Notes: generated by a model from the sequence alone, not told the origin. DNA of 64,000 nt from Hydrolagus affinis (GCA_012026655.1 JAAILG010001076.1:1-64000), one strand, 5' to 3'. Positions 26,301 to 38,609 are shown, counted from the stretch's first letter. Program-made: numbers and translations.

Positions 26301-29300
26301 TGTTTATTCAAGTTTCAAAGAAACATTGCAAAATTGTTAAATGGAATAGTTTTTGATACTTTAGATACAATTTAATTTAAGTTACAATACACATGATCTC
26401 TACACAAAACACCTTGCATTATGATAAAATTACAACTGGAAAAATACATGCCATGCTCTATGCTCCTGTAAAAATACCCATTAAAACTAACCTTCATCTT
26501 TATTATCTCCATAATATTTAGTAACTGCAGCCTACTCAGTAGGAATTTCATAAATCACTAGTTCTTGGAATATAAACATGAGAAGGCAGCAATAAGAAAG
26601 GATATTTAGCTCATCTACCAAGCCATTAACACCAGTATTCCTTTTTGCCCATCATATATTCAAACAAAAGTATGCCATAGAATAAATATTAACCAGAAAA
26701 GCACACCAGCAAAAAATAAACAATATGAATATTAGAATGCATGAAATAAATTACCAATTCCTTTTCCAAATCTTTAATCTTATTTTCATACAATGATTTT
26801 TGACTAGATAATTCCTTCTGAGCCATCTCCTTTGCAACTTGGATACCCTGCATCATTTCTCGTTTGGCTTGTAACCGTGCCTCTTCAATTTCAGCTTCAA
26901 GTCTGCCAAACATAAGATGCAAACAGAAAAGTAATGTCCATAAATAGACATTTTAAAGAACGTGGCAAAGGAGACTGTATAATTGCTTATACAAAGATTA
27001 TGAAAAGATTGACAGGTTGATGCGGGTAAATTGCTCTTTGTGACAAAGGGTTAAATAGAATGGTGTAAATCAAAACTGAAGGTTTGAAATAAGGAGAGAA
27101 AACACTAAATAAATGACATAGCAAAAGGAAATTTAAGCAGACATTAAAGAAATGAGGTTGACATGACTTAAATAATTTTTCATTTGAGTGTGTGTGAAAC
27201 TGAGAAACGAAGCCCTAATAAACTTTATAACAACAAAATTACATTTATAGTACGCCTTTCACATCAGGAGGACGTCCCAGGTCTTATGTAAAACTAAACA
27301 GCTGACCAAGCTGAAACGGCATTAATGTAACTTGTTAAGTAATAGCGATCTCTTATTTTTCCTTTACCTTGCCTGTTGAGCTTGCAAAAGTTCATTCTTT
27401 GCAAATTCAAAGTCCTTTGGACCATCTCCCAACAGTGCATTCCCAGAAGAGGCCCGTCGTCCACCCTGTACCTCTACAGGATGATTAAACTTAAAGTAAT
27501 GGTCGCCACCTAGAATCACTCTGTCCCCCTGCAATACATGGCACAGATTCACATTCATCAATTTATCAATCCAAAATAATAAGTTCTAAATCAAACTCAC
27601 AATTAACTGTCCTAAAGAAATTAATTTTATTTCCTCTTCCACCACACCACCCTTAAATTGTTCTTCCTCAACAGACATTTTATGTTTCTCGGTAAGAGAA
27701 GCAAGCTGCTTCCATAATCTTTGACTGGTTTCCAGGTTGTCAACAAGATTGATAGTCTTACAATTTTCTTTCATTTCTCTCCCCCTCCCACTCCACTCTC
27801 GGGAAAAAGTTCACCCCTGCTAAGCATCTCCTGAATAGCCAGTTTAAATGAGGGCCTTGCCATGTTGGTAAAGTCAGAAGAATGAATAGCATTATGCCAC
27901 TCATTTCCTTTGATTACCCCCCATTGAACAGGTGACCTATCAATGTGGAGCACAACAAAGAATTTGCTTTATGAGAACAGTTGGACTGTATTGAAGTAAC
28001 TTACATGATGTAACACTGTGGAGTCTGTAATTAAGTTTCCATTCACATAGGTCTTTGCATCCCCTATTGGTGCAATGCTCACAGTGCTTCTGAAATTTTG
28101 TATGACACTGGGGACAAAAATAATGCAAGGAACATTTTGTTTAAAAAAATCAATTTGCAATTCCTTCACTAATTTATTACCAAACAAGCAAAGCAATGCA
28201 GTAAAAAAAGAGGAAAAAAACTTGCTTTACAGTGCCTTGCACAGTGTATCAAAACATCTCAAAATTTTAAAGTGCATTCACACATAGATCAAAAACAATT
28301 GTAGTTACAAGAGTCAAAGGAAAATAAAAATGTGAAAACAAAATCGAACTTGTGCAACAAACTTTAATTGATCACGACATCACCGGAATGGAAACACAAT
28401 TGTTATTTCCCCACCTGATGATTTAAAATTATAATAAATAGTACAGGTTTTTTTAAAACAATACTAGGTGTCACTAAACAATTCCACCAAATGCTGAATG
28501 AACATTCCCAAGCCTACAGTTTGAAAGTGAATTATGTTGAGAACTCAAATAATTCATTTTTAAACTCACCAATGATCATCAGCAATGAGTGCTCCAGAAA
28601 GTTGAATATCATGCGTGGAGTTTGGCTTATGTTTCCCCACTCTGGTCCGACCTTCCTTGATCATATACAAGAGCATCTCCGAAATTTGGGGATCTTCATT
28701 GAGATTAACGAGGTTTGGCAAGCTGTTATCCATTTTAAAAGTGATACCGGCTTTCTGCAAATAGATAAATTCCAATGAATAAGAGTACCAAAGTACCACC
28801 ATTTTACGTTTATATTTAACAGTAACCATTATCTTGAAGGAAAATAGCCTTTCAGACCTCCAATAAACATGTAATTGTTCAGTTAAGAAGATTCGTAAAA
28901 ATGACATGCACATAAGTGAGAATTGTCAATACAAAATGAGTTTCTTAAATTGATAATATTCTATAAGATTTTCATTGAAACAAGATACAAACTTGCAACT
29001 CTCTTGCTTCCTCAAGTTTTCTTTTTTCTGCTTGGTCTAACTTTTCTCGCCACCTCCTAAAATTTGCACAGAAAAAAATATTGCTAGAGAGGCATCTGTA
29101 CTCACGTAATATTATGGGCCAATTAGTCTACAGCACTTACTCAACAACACACCATACTTAAAACATGGAAGTTTCATACTTAGCTTACCTTTGTACTTCT
29201 GCCATTTCTCTCTCCTGTTGACCGAGTTTGAACTTTAGAGCTCCTATTTCTTTCTGGCACACTTTATACTTCTCAGATTGAATCCCTTGACTACTCATCT

Positions 29301-32300
29301 GGGCAGCTTTCAGGTTTTCAATTTCTGATTTCAAATCTGATTCAGTGAGACATTGAGAGAAACGACAGAATCAAATAGCAGCCTCAATAAGTCATCCAAA
29401 CAACCTCATCCATAGTGCACCAGGATTACATATATCAAATGCAAGGATTATAATTTTAAAACATTTCCAATACAGTACACTTGATGTCTAAAACATATGC
29501 AAGTAAAACAGCACCACTTGCTGGCCACTTGAAGAATGCTCCCAGCCAGGTTGAATTGTGGCTTCAACAATTGCACTGTGGTAGATCTTAACAAGCAGTC
29601 ACAAGTCCACAAATAGCAATAATTTCCTTGCACACAAAATTACAAATTTTACTACAAATATTTTGCTACCCATTTAAATACTCAATTAACTTAAATATTC
29701 ATTGTGTACCTGATTACATTAGTGTTGAGTGGTACACACTTAAGACTGCCATTTTATTTATTACTACAATACTGTAATACTTTTTATTTTATTCTCTAAA
29801 TTGAAATACCACTTGTCATCATAAAATACTTACAAGCGTTATGCAAAATGCTTAACCTACCTCTTATTAGTTTTGCATTGGTGTCTTCGTTCACTTTTGC
29901 AATATTGATAATCTGTCGAGCCGATTTAGCGTACCTAAGTGTACTAAGAGTTTCTTCCACATTAGAAGCAGATGGACTGATGGTAGCTATCATAGCTGTC
30001 TTTGAGTTTCCACCAATACTGTCCTTCAATAACCTGTGTCATGAATAATGAACCCAAAAAAGGTAGCATAATTTTTCATTCAGCGGTAAATATTCGAGTG
30101 ACTTACACAAAAATAAAATACACATCTTGGACAAATGTTATTGAATTTTAAGTGGTTTCCAATTCACTTGAAATTACATTGGAAAATTTTAGAACTATAG
30201 CCATGTATTCAGAATTCAACAGAGCTGTTGTCTACAAATCACAACTCACCAGGTGAGCACTGATTCCCTGTAAGGGACGAATATCTTCTTCTTAGATTGT
30301 GTCTGTTCAGAAAGTGCACAAATGACTTTTCCCAGAGTGAAGAGAGATTTATTTATGCTTACACCCTCCTGTAACAAAGGTGACAAAGTTTTGGTCATTT
30401 CTATTTTCAAAGGGAGAAAACCAAACTTCCACAAGTAGTGCAGGAATGAATTCCAGATACAGCTCACAATCTGTCTTTTATTGTTGACGCAAAAATGTAG
30501 GGAAAACAGGTTCAATACTAATCACAATGCATTTCGATGAAAATAGTATTTGAGGCAGGACTTTTACACATTATAGCTTCATGCAGGATAGTATCTAAGT
30601 GTTTAACCGTGGCAGAGCCTGACTCCAAGGGAGGTAGGAGGTGATTATACACATGGTAGAAAAGGAAGGCCTTTACAGTTGTGTTCTAAGGAGAATGAGA
30701 GGACAAGGCACAGGGATTTGAGGAGACCAGAGTACCTCGTCTTTTCAGATCATGTCACATAATCTTTTCAGTGCATAGCAACACACAGAAAGAAGTACCG
30801 AGGGGTACATAAATTAAAGCAGCAAACCATGAATAATAATTATTGATAGGAGTTCTAGAGGATATGGGTGCAATTTCAGTTTATCAGTTTTAATATTACC
30901 ACTCAAAATAGTCTGTATAATTTGAAACACTCGCCTTCAGCCGTTCGCCACTGGTCTGAGCTGTAAAGCAACGCTCACTTCCTGCCAGATCCACCAGGTT
31001 TACTCTGCTCGTGACACTGTGCTCATGTTCCTCTTCTTCTACAAATTCAGTCTGAAAAATAAGTAAAAATTAATAGCTTGAAAGGCTATTAAAAAGCAGC
31101 ATCTCTATATCATTAGCAATAATCCTTGCATTTAATATAGCATCTTACTGCATCTTCCAGACGTCTCGAAGCGCATCACAGAATATATTGTAAAATGAAT
31201 TAGCTGTATAATTTGTGGGTGAAATGCAGTCACACGGCAGTCAATTGCACACAAGCAGTGCCCCACAAACAGGTGTGCACTGAAGTGACCAAATTATTAT
31301 TTTTTGTGAAGGAATTATTACCCCTGAAATAATTGAACGAGAAAATCAATTGACAATATGTCCAGTAAAGGTAACTTCATTATACCTTGGTCTGAGTCAT
31401 GACAAGTGTGAAGACTGAGTGAGACCTGGAACTCTTTTCATTCATCCCTGTGGCTGCAGTTGCCCTTTGTTTATTGCCTAGTTCCAGCCAACCCTAAAGT
31501 TAGATGAAAAGCAATGAGCACTCACAATGACACCCAACTTAAAATTTCTCAAGGCAATACAAATCTTTATTGCAAATAAAGGACACTTTTTAGTTCCAAA
31601 TACTGTAGTTGAATTAGTGGATTAAATGCTCACCTGAATATCGATATAAGAGCTCACAACATAGCTGCAAAATAAGAATAAGTACCCAAAAAATGGTGTT
31701 AAAATAAAATGAGTTTACTGAAGGAGATTCAATTAAGGCTGGGATGGAGGCGGGGGGGTGGTGGTGGGGGTGGTGAGCCAAGGGACAAGGAGAAAGGCAA
31801 TACAGTGCACATTTAAATATGGAAAAACAATCAGTCGAGATTCTACTCATGCACTAACAAAATATTGAATTATTGGTAAAGCAAATGTTTCTACTCGTTT
31901 GCACAAAATATCTTATTTCATGCAGTTTGCTATAACACAATTTGAATGAACATAATTCAAAGACTTGTATGTAATCAACATAACTTACGATGACAGATCA
32001 GCTACATAAGGTCCAAATAATGGATGTTCTCTGACTCGAAGCTGTAAACAAGTAACAAATAAAAAGCATTTGAATAAAAATCTGAAAGCAATGCAACCCT
32101 AGTACAGTAAAAGCCCATTTATCCGTCACCCTCGGGACCTGGCCAATGCCAGTTAAAGCGCGTGCCGGATATTCAACCGAAAACACAAAAAAATGCATTG
32201 TGCCAGATAAATTCGGGTTAATCAAATGCAAACCTTTTTTTAGGTGCCGGTCATATGGAAGTTACAGTTGATCGGGTCATGGATAAACAGGCTTTTACTG

Positions 32301-35300
32301 TAGCATGAACGAATACATAACTATATGTTTGGTGCACCTATTCCAGATCACTATTAGGCAATTTCTGCTAGAATTATCTTGAGTCGGTCTCAGGGCAGGA
32401 CAGGATCAAGTTCAGCTATAATGCCTCCAAAAGTTAAATGATCTAACACCAATCAACTCTCACACACTGGTGTTATCAATAGCCATATTCTTCATATTTG
32501 TGTGAATTAACTTCCATCTGTACTTTCTAATAATAAACGTTGCATTTGTGACTATCTACGCACCTGCAATTTAATTGTTCCAAACATAAAGAAGAAATGA
32601 ACTAATTAGCCCTATCACACAATACATTTCATAAGCGTGTATGTGAAATAATTCATAGCCAAAATAAAATTAGATTTGACTAAAACCATGCAATAATTTT
32701 CTGCAAACTTACCGTTTGTTTTACTTGGGCTTTTCCACTTGAAGCAGTCAATAAATCATGAATTCTTTCATTGTAGACTTCGAAATAACTCATTTCAATA
32801 TGGTAAGTAATCTTTGAAAATGAAGAATAAAGCATTGCTGAGTTGTAATTGGGATTAGAGTTCTGTCGATTGCTTATAGTGTATTGAAAAGACTACATTA
32901 TGGACAACTCAATTTCAAATTTCTGTACTAGAAAACCTTGTGCAGAAGGATTTATTTATCCATCACAATTAGGAAGGCAGATAATCATTATTTGGATGTA
33001 TTACTACATTAGATTGGAAAGCAAAAATAAGTGCTTAACATACTTACCTGCCGCATTTCAGGTTTGGCTACACTGACAAACAACTGTTGACAAAATCTTG
33101 GAATGATCCCTTCATCACCGTACCCCATCATCCTTTAAAATCAACATTTAAAATAGCATTTAAAATCATTAACAGACAAATTAGATAAGCTGGCAGATAG
33201 CCAAAATTGACTGTGCTGAATAATTCATAGAATTTCATATATTTAACTGCTCCACTGGTAATAAGAGCATCACAATTGGGAATGCCCATTATTTCCTACT
33301 AATGCCTCTCAGCCATCCACCAGCTCAATTTAAATAACTAAAATTTAGACAACAAAACAATATGTCAAACACCAACCCCAATTGCTGGATTATTGTTTTC
33401 CGCAATCCAGTTTCCTTTTGTAAAATAATGAGGCATCGATACTTTGCTTTGCCGAGACTATGTTATTATATATATATATATATAAAAATATATAAATATA
33501 TACACACAAACACATAATTAGTTTACTATTAGCTTCCTTGTGAAGAAAAACTGACAATTGGAATAGTATTCAGCTAATCTTGACACACAAACAGACATAG
33601 CAGCACAGGGCAGATGTAAACTGCATATGAATCCGGAATGATTATTAATCACAACTCTACTGGAACAAATGTTTTGCATGCCCTAAGAAATTAATCTTTA
33701 AGACAGGGATTTACATTGTAAAAGATTGATCAAACTAGCGATAATTTATGCCATTTTAGAATGTATTGCCATGTACTGTGCAGCAGGCAAAATTGAGTAG
33801 GCATCATTAAGAGACAACTTTGCTGTATTCGACTTACGTGTATGATTTGCCAGATCCAGTCTGCCCATATGCAAATAAACACGCGTTGTATCCCTGAAAG
33901 GCCTTCTCGAGCAGAGGTAATCCTATTTTCTTGTATACTGCTTCCTGGCTTGAAAATTCTGGATGAAGCTCATCGAATGACCAAAAGGAAAAGTCATAAA
34001 CAAAGGCGTACGTTTGATTGGTTTCTGGATGTTGCACAACCGTTTCTTGCCCTCTCATGAAAACGACTTGATGTGCATTTTCCCTTTTTTCCCTTAATTA
34101 ATAAAAAAAACATTAAAGATTCAGCAGAAATACAAATTATCGTACCTCCCTACATTACCAGCATAACAGGAATAATATTATTCATTAAAAAAAAGGAAAA
34201 ACTTGCTCTGAAAATAATGAAATTAGGGAGGGGAAAATAGAGAAACAAGAGAGATTAGTGAGGAAGAGTTTTACCCCCAAAATACAAAGTATCCAATTTG
34301 GTGAAATAGTATGTACAAAATAATAATAATAATCCTTGCATTTGATATAGCACCTTATCACGTCTTCTAAATTTCTCAAAGCGCTTCACAGAATATACTG
34401 TAAAGTAAATTGACTGTATATTTTATGGGCGGAACGCAACAGCCAATTGCACACAGCAGTGTCCCACACACAGTCGTGGAATGAAATGCCCCGATGTGCC
34501 TGGAATTGAACCCAGTTCTCTCGCTCATAAGGTGAGTGCTCTAACCATCAAGGTACAAACAGCAGGATTTGTGATTCACAAGTGCATAGGTAATATGTCA
34601 GTTTGAGATACTTTGGAATTAGTATTAACAAAAAGGACTTGTCATTGTCCTGTCCTGACAAGTAAAAGAAAAGAAAGATGAGTCACATGAATAAGACCCT
34701 TCAGAGTTTTTTTTTTAGAAATTTAGGGTGGAACTATGCAACAAATGATTACATTTTCAGAATGAAAGATGACTGTTCACTGTGAGTCTTGTTTAATTGT
34801 TGTAATAAAAAGGGCAGACGTCCACCTCATTTCTACCTGTTCAACATCTGTGCTTGTATCTCATCAAAAACAGTGCATCAAGAGAAAACAAAAGTGTCCT
34901 GGATAAGGTGGGGGAGGGTGTGGCACAGTTTCTTTGGTGTCCTGACGTGAAAGGTGCTATACAAATGTCATTTTGTTGTTGCTTGGGGTGTGTTAGAAAC
35001 TTATCCTGAATAAGAAAATCCTTTTTTTGAATTTATTGAACTTACCTATTGCTGAAAGGTCTCACCCGAACAGCCACCGTCACACTATCCTCTCCATTGC
35101 AGATCTCACTCCCTGCACGAGATTTCTGTATTGGCATCTCTTCTTTTCCAACTGTTCCTCCACCACTTCTTGGTGGCTTTCGATCTCCATTGCCTACTAT
35201 TGTATTTGTCAAATATCTTGAAGTATTACTTCCGGAATCCATTATTGTTTTGATTGGTTTTGCAATCTGGAAAGAGCTTGCTATGGTATTAACACAACCC

Positions 35301-36154
35301 ATTGCTGAGTCTTTGATTTCTTGATGTGCTTGTGTGACTGCTGCAGGTTTGATTCCTTCAGATGTTGAAGTCTTGATTCTCTCCAAACCTCCAGATGTCT
35401 TAGCAGCATATTTTTCAATTTTATTCTGATTCCCAATCAGTTTACTGTCTACCATTCTTTTAACAGCGAGTCTTTTCAAGTTTTCTGACTTGCTAGTAAT
35501 TTCTACGCCTGTCCAAATGGAAGATTTGGGGGCATTTTCCTCCACTTTGCCAATCGATGTGTGATTTGTACTCTTAGGAATTTTATCTTTTAAAATACTT
35601 TTGATATCGATTCCCTTTTGCTTAATTGAAAACTCGTTGGAAGTAGTAAGACCTGCTGAGCTTGTGCCTTTGGTTTGCAAAAATTTACTTGTTCCCTGCT
35701 CTGAAGTAGTATTGAACATCTCATTTTGTGCTTTGCATTGTGTGGTGTCCTTCAAAAAACTACTTCCTTCACCCGAATTACCTACTTTCATACGACGCTG
35801 AAGGGTAAACATTCTCTCTCCTACACTTAATTCAATACTTCTTTCAGTCTCATAGTCAGAATAGGGAACTCTTTTACCACCAGTTTTCCTTCTCTGGAGG
35901 GTCAACTTATTCTCTAACTTGGCGTCTGTAGTTCTAAAACTAGATGATACCACACAAGTTGCATTCATCTCATCGCTTTTTTTCTTGGACGATGTTGATT
36001 GCCCTTGTACATTATTGTCCGGCCCTGGCAATTTGACCTGTTGATCAGATCTGGCACTTCCTTTGGTGAAAGAATTGGTTGAATTCTTCTGCAATGAACT
36101 TAGAGCACCAACTACCATGGTTTGATTTCTAGAATATGTGGTGTAAATGGGCAT
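10934..36154 (-). CDS. KIF14: Kinesin-3 family mitotic motor KIF14, complete (29 coding exons, about 1662 aa)
   Basis: Long N-terminal extension; motor motifs ([17 protein letters not shown]-loop, SSRSH, DLAGSE); FHA domain ([17 protein letters not shown]); coiled coils; C-terminal ..KWV. Exon lengths sum to 4989 nt and stay in frame. Confidence 0.97.
11785..11920 (-). CDS. KIF14: KIF14 coding exon 28
   Basis: [34 protein letters not shown]; phase 0 to 1 fits the last exon. Confidence 0.78.
14392..15573 (-). mobile_element. Internally deleted Tigger/pogo-type DNA transposon in a KIF14 intron
   Basis: TIRs CAGGTAAACCTCTATTTAGGA / TTCTAAATAGAGGCTTAACTG; right TA intact, left CA. Degenerate CENP-B-type HTH coding region ([39 protein letters not shown]) with stops and no DDE domain. 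Confidence 0.9.
15867..16057. repeat. ~190-bp imperfect palindrome, probably a Penelope-like element terminus
   Basis: Arms about 15867-15953 and 15971-16057 are reverse complements (tcaggcagcatct.tggagaaaggaaagtga..aatgtttcggat / atccgaaacatt..tcactttcctttctcca.agatgctgcctga). The family assignment is from recall. Confidence 0.75.
16133..16335. mobile_element. Tigger-like MITE
   Basis: TA-CAAGTATCCCTCCCCAACCGTGG ... CCGCGGTTGGGGCGGGGTACCTG-TA: imperfect TIRs, TA TSD; internal CGTTCCTGAAAA shared with the neighbouring Tigger end. Confidence 0.75.
16594..16668 (-). CDS. KIF14: KIF14 coding exon 27
   Basis: 75-nt phase 0-0 exon [25 protein letters not shown]; weak similarity but good splice sites. 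Confidence 0.7.
18870..18992 (-). CDS. KIF14: KIF14 coding exon 26
   Basis: [28 protein letters not shown]..; NAGNAG (cagAAG) acceptor. Confidence 0.85.
19346..19504 (-). CDS. KIF14: KIF14 coding exon 25
   Basis: [25 protein letters not shown].. Confidence 0.9.
19955..20140 (-). mobile_element. Old Deu-domain-like SINE remnant
   Basis: Plus strand reads tgccatgggattttgtaacgttcacttga..cctcaggttaacctctcatctgaaag, the reverse complement of the Deu-domain core. Confidence 0.55.
20368..20552 (-). CDS. KIF14: KIF14 coding exon 24
   Basis: ..[24 protein letters not shown]. Confidence 0.9.
20833..21057 (-). CDS. KIF14: KIF14 coding exon 23
   Basis: ..[30 protein letters not shown]. Confidence 0.9.
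21939..22033 (-). CDS. KIF14: KIF14 coding exon 22
   Basis: [31 protein letters not shown]. Confidence 0.82.
22380..22856 (+). mobile_element. Degenerate L2-clade LINE 3' fragment
   Basis: Fragments translate to [42 protein letters not shown], ending in an aaggcgctgtacaaatgcaatttgctgtt tail. Confidence 0.75.
23719..23810 (-). CDS. KIF14: KIF14 coding exon 21
   Basis: [30 protein letters not shown]. Confidence 0.88.
24059..24203 (-). CDS. KIF14: KIF14 coding exon 20
   Basis: ..[31 protein letters not shown]. Confidence 0.92.
24535..24628 (-). CDS. KIF14: KIF14 coding exon 19
   Basis: [24 protein letters not shown]. Confidence 0.92.
25380..25521 (-). CDS. KIF14: KIF14 coding exon 18
   Basis: [28 protein letters not shown].. 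Confidence 0.88.
25861..26013 (-). CDS. KIF14: KIF14 coding exon 17
   Basis: [24 protein letters not shown]. Confidence 0.9.
26755..26902 (-). CDS. KIF14: KIF14 coding exon 16
   Basis: [35 protein letters not shown].. Confidence 0.93.
27368..27528 (-). CDS. KIF14: KIF14 coding exon 15 (FHA end)
   Basis: [33 protein letters not shown]. Confidence 0.95.
28005..28107 (-). CDS. KIF14: KIF14 coding exon 14 (FHA)
   Basis: [34 protein letters not shown]. Confidence 0.93.
28570..28754 (-). CDS. KIF14: KIF14 coding exon 13 (FHA start)
   Basis: [40 protein letters not shown]. Confidence 0.95.
28993..29056 (-). CDS. KIF14: KIF14 coding exon 12
   Basis: [21 protein letters not shown]. Confidence 0.88.
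29189..29336 (-). CDS. KIF14: KIF14 coding exon 11 (neck coil)
   Basis: [22 protein letters not shown]. Confidence 0.9.
29861..30033 (-). CDS. KIF14: KIF14 coding exon 10
   Basis: [41 protein letters not shown]. Confidence 0.95.
30250..30368 (-). CDS. KIF14: KIF14 coding exon 9
   Basis: [29 protein letters not shown]. Confidence 0.95.
30935..31051 (-). CDS. KIF14: KIF14 coding exon 8 (switch II), ending at a GC donor
   Basis: [33 protein letters not shown]|gcgagt. Confidence 0.93.
31117..31320 (-). mobile_element. Same SINE family, 5'-truncated
   Basis: Reverse complement of tail and body. Confidence 0.75.
31386..31493 (-). CDS. KIF14: KIF14 coding exon 7 (switch I)
   Basis: [36 protein letters not shown]. 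Confidence 0.95.
31634..31664 (-). CDS. KIF14: KIF14 coding exon 6 (31-nt micro-exon)
   Basis: [10 protein letters not shown]; ttgcag acceptor and gtgag donor. Confidence 0.9.
31989..32041 (-). CDS. KIF14: KIF14 coding exon 5
   Basis: [17 protein letters not shown]. Confidence 0.93.
32105..32300. mobile_element. Tc1/mariner-pogo MITE
   Basis: TA-CAGTAAAAGCCCATTTATCC ... GGATAAACAGGCTTTTACTG-TA: 20-bp TIRs (2 mismatches) and TA TSD. Confidence 0.85.
32713..32811 (-). CDS. KIF14: KIF14 coding exon 4
   Basis: [21 protein letters not shown].. Confidence 0.93.
33048..33132 (-). CDS. KIF14: KIF14 coding exon 3
   Basis: [18 protein letters not shown].. Confidence 0.93.
33838..34092 (-). CDS. KIF14: KIF14 coding exon 2 (to P-loop GQTGSGKSY)
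   Basis: [29 protein letters not shown]; canonical splice sites. Confidence 0.95.
34321..34556 (-). mobile_element. Same SINE family, with internal deletion
   Basis: (TAA)n-tccttgcatttgatatag tail; ggaattgaaccc Box B reverse complement. Confidence 0.85.
35046..36154 (-). CDS. KIF14: KIF14 coding exon 1 (N-terminal extension to [10 protein letters not shown])
   Basis: First true ATG at 36154 ([10 protein letters not shown], resembling human MSLHSTHNRN); gtaag donor at 35045; likely acceptor near 36272. Confidence 0.9.
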
Positions 36155-36451
36155 TTTACTGCACTTTATAATCACTTTAATTAATATCCTTTTACCTACT
36201 GAACTCAATAGAGCAGACAATTCATATTTTCAGTCTTCTTTTTCTGAACATGATTTCCAAATGATGTCAAACTGTATAAAACAGATTAAATAAAATATAA
36301 CTATTTTAAGGTAGGTAATCAAACATTTTCAACACCAGCATGCATTCTATATTTCAGTCATATAGTAAAAAAAAGCAGTTTAACTATTCAAAAAAATCTC
36401 ATTTTACAGTAGCCTAATAAAGATGTATTATTTAATTCTACAGTACTTTCA

Positions 36452-36752
36452 TTATAATAATAATCCATACATTTGATATAGCACTTTTCATGTCTTCTAG
36501 ACATCTAAAAGCACTTCATAAAATATACTATAAAATGAACTAAATGTATATTTCTGGGCAAAATGCGGCAGCCATTTGCGCACAGCAGTATCCCACAAAG
36601 AGTCGTGGATTGAAAGTACCAATTTAATTATTTTTGAAGGATTATTGTTAAGTGTGTGGAATAGGGAAACTTGCCCAAGGTTTCGCCCTGCCTGAAATTG
36701 AACCCAGATATCTCGCTTGCAAGGCAAGTGCACTAACCACAGAGCTACAGGT
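36452..36752 (-). mobile_element. Same SINE family, full length
   Basis: Tail, body and tRNA-like head all on the minus strand. Confidence 0.85.
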
Positions 36753-37946
36753 CTCTATAATATTACTATATATTAAAAACATTTTACACTTAATTTGGAA
36801 GAGGTGTAAGCAAAGGCATTTGTAAAATAGGCATCAATGGCAGAAGACCTGTTTTCAGACAGCTTCTAACCTTTTATGTTGCAATATCTACATTTGGAAG
36901 TTTTCACACTAAAAAGGAATAAATAAAAAAGCTCCAGACAAATCCATCAAATCCACTATTAAATTAAAACACTGTTTTAAATTTAGAATACAATTTGTTT
37001 TATTCCCATTCTTGAACTTCAGACAGGCTATGACAACATGAGGACGGAGAAAGTCCCAAGAGGATTTCTTCCAGGGTCTTTATAAACAGGACTACTTGTA
37101 TTTTAATTTCCACTAAACCATGTTGCTCGAAGAGACCTAAGCAAAATAAAATTTCCTCTAGCATTTGGCAGCAACCTGTATTGTAGTGTTATAAAATACA
37201 TAGTCGATCGATTTTACAGTACAACCTGCAAAGTGCTTTGAGGCATCTTGACGATGTGATAAGCTGCTGTATGAAATGCAACGATTATTATTATTAATAA
37301 TACTGTGGACTGCTGGAGCCTCCACAGATAGAAAAACACCATAAAAGGTTGCAAGCAGTTTCGAAACAGCTTCCAAAGGAAATGAAATGAACAAGGCTCT
37401 TGTCACTTGTTGTCATGAACTGGCCACAATTTCATTTGATGTAACATGGCAAGAATCAGTTATGCCATCACCAGGACACCTGCTGCAATTTAGCTCCTTG
37501 GACTGGGTTTTAATGAGTTTTCAGACGTTTTTAATTACAGTGTCACGTTCAGTAAAATGGAAAAAGATGAGTTTTTAAGCACAGATTAGGACAAGATTAG
37601 TCCTGATTACCATCCCTTCTCTTCCCTCTCCCCATCCCTTTATTCCAGCCCTCTTGCTTAAACCCAGTCCCCCACCCCAAAAAAAATTATACTCTGTAAA
37701 ATAAAATGTAATCAAATTAAACTGCACACTCACGTCTGTGTCGGCGTTATGATGTGCGAGCATCTAGAAGGACTGGACAGTGAAGACCTGACCTGGACCA
37801 GGACAGAGCTGAGGAGCATCAGGTGGCACTTGGCTGGTTATCTCAGGCGGCGATCACTCACTCACCTGACAGCCAACAAACTCCCACCGTTACAGTTACA
37901 GCGAACCTTCACTATCAACGGTAAATAAACTAACCTGAGCATTGAC

Positions 37947-38180
37947 CAACCAGCCAACCAACTGACCCAACTAGCCAACCAACTGACCAACTAGCCAACC
38001 AACTGACCAACTAGCCAACCAACTGACCAACTAGCCAACCAACTGACCAACTCATTGACCGTCTAACTAACCAATTATCCAACCAACTAATTGACCATCT
38101 GACTAACCAATTATCCAACCAACTAACTAACCAATTAACCAACTAACTAACTGAATAACTAACTGACTGACTGACTGACA
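37947..38180. repeat. Minisatellite: 20-mer CTAGCCAACCAACTGACCAA (about 4 copies) decaying into AACT/GACT repeats
   Basis: Read directly from the sequence. Confidence 0.9.
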
Positions 38181-38284
38181 AGCGGGTCAGGGAGGTTCTG
38201 ACCCCCCCCCCACACACACACACACACCTAGTACCTCCCCACCCTCTGCTGACCTGACCTTCCCCCCTCCCCCGGCCCCGCGGG

Positions 38285-38600
38285 CTCTCTCGCTCTCTCA
38301 CACTCTCACACTCTCCCTCCCTCCCTCCCTCTTTCCTGTCTCTCTCACACTCTTTATCTGTTTTTGTCTCTAACACTCTCTCCTTCCTGTTCTCCTTCTA
38401 TCTCTCACTCTCTTTCTCACTCTCTCACTCACTCTCTTTCTCACTCACTCTCTCCCCCCGCCCCCCCCCCCTTCCTTCTCTCTGTCTCTCACTCTCTCCG
38501 TCTCCCCCTCTGCCTGTCACCTCCTCCTTGTGTCTCTCCCACCTCTCCAGTTATCTCTCTCCCTCTCTTGTCTTTCACAATCTCTCTATCCCCGCTCTGT
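38285..38600 (+). repeat. Polypyrimidine (CT-rich) low-complexity tract just downstream of the putative KIF14 TSS
   Basis: Read directly from the sequence. Confidence 0.85.
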
Positions 38601-38609
38601 CGCCGCCGT

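Noticed and set aside
36155-36220. ORF-track extension of KIF14 upstream of the ATG at 36154
   Set aside because: Begins at a non-ATG codon; homology starts at MPIYTT
37947-38180. Regular 20-bp repeat array, superficially CRISPR-like
   Set aside because: No unique spacers and a eukaryotic context; it is a minisatellite
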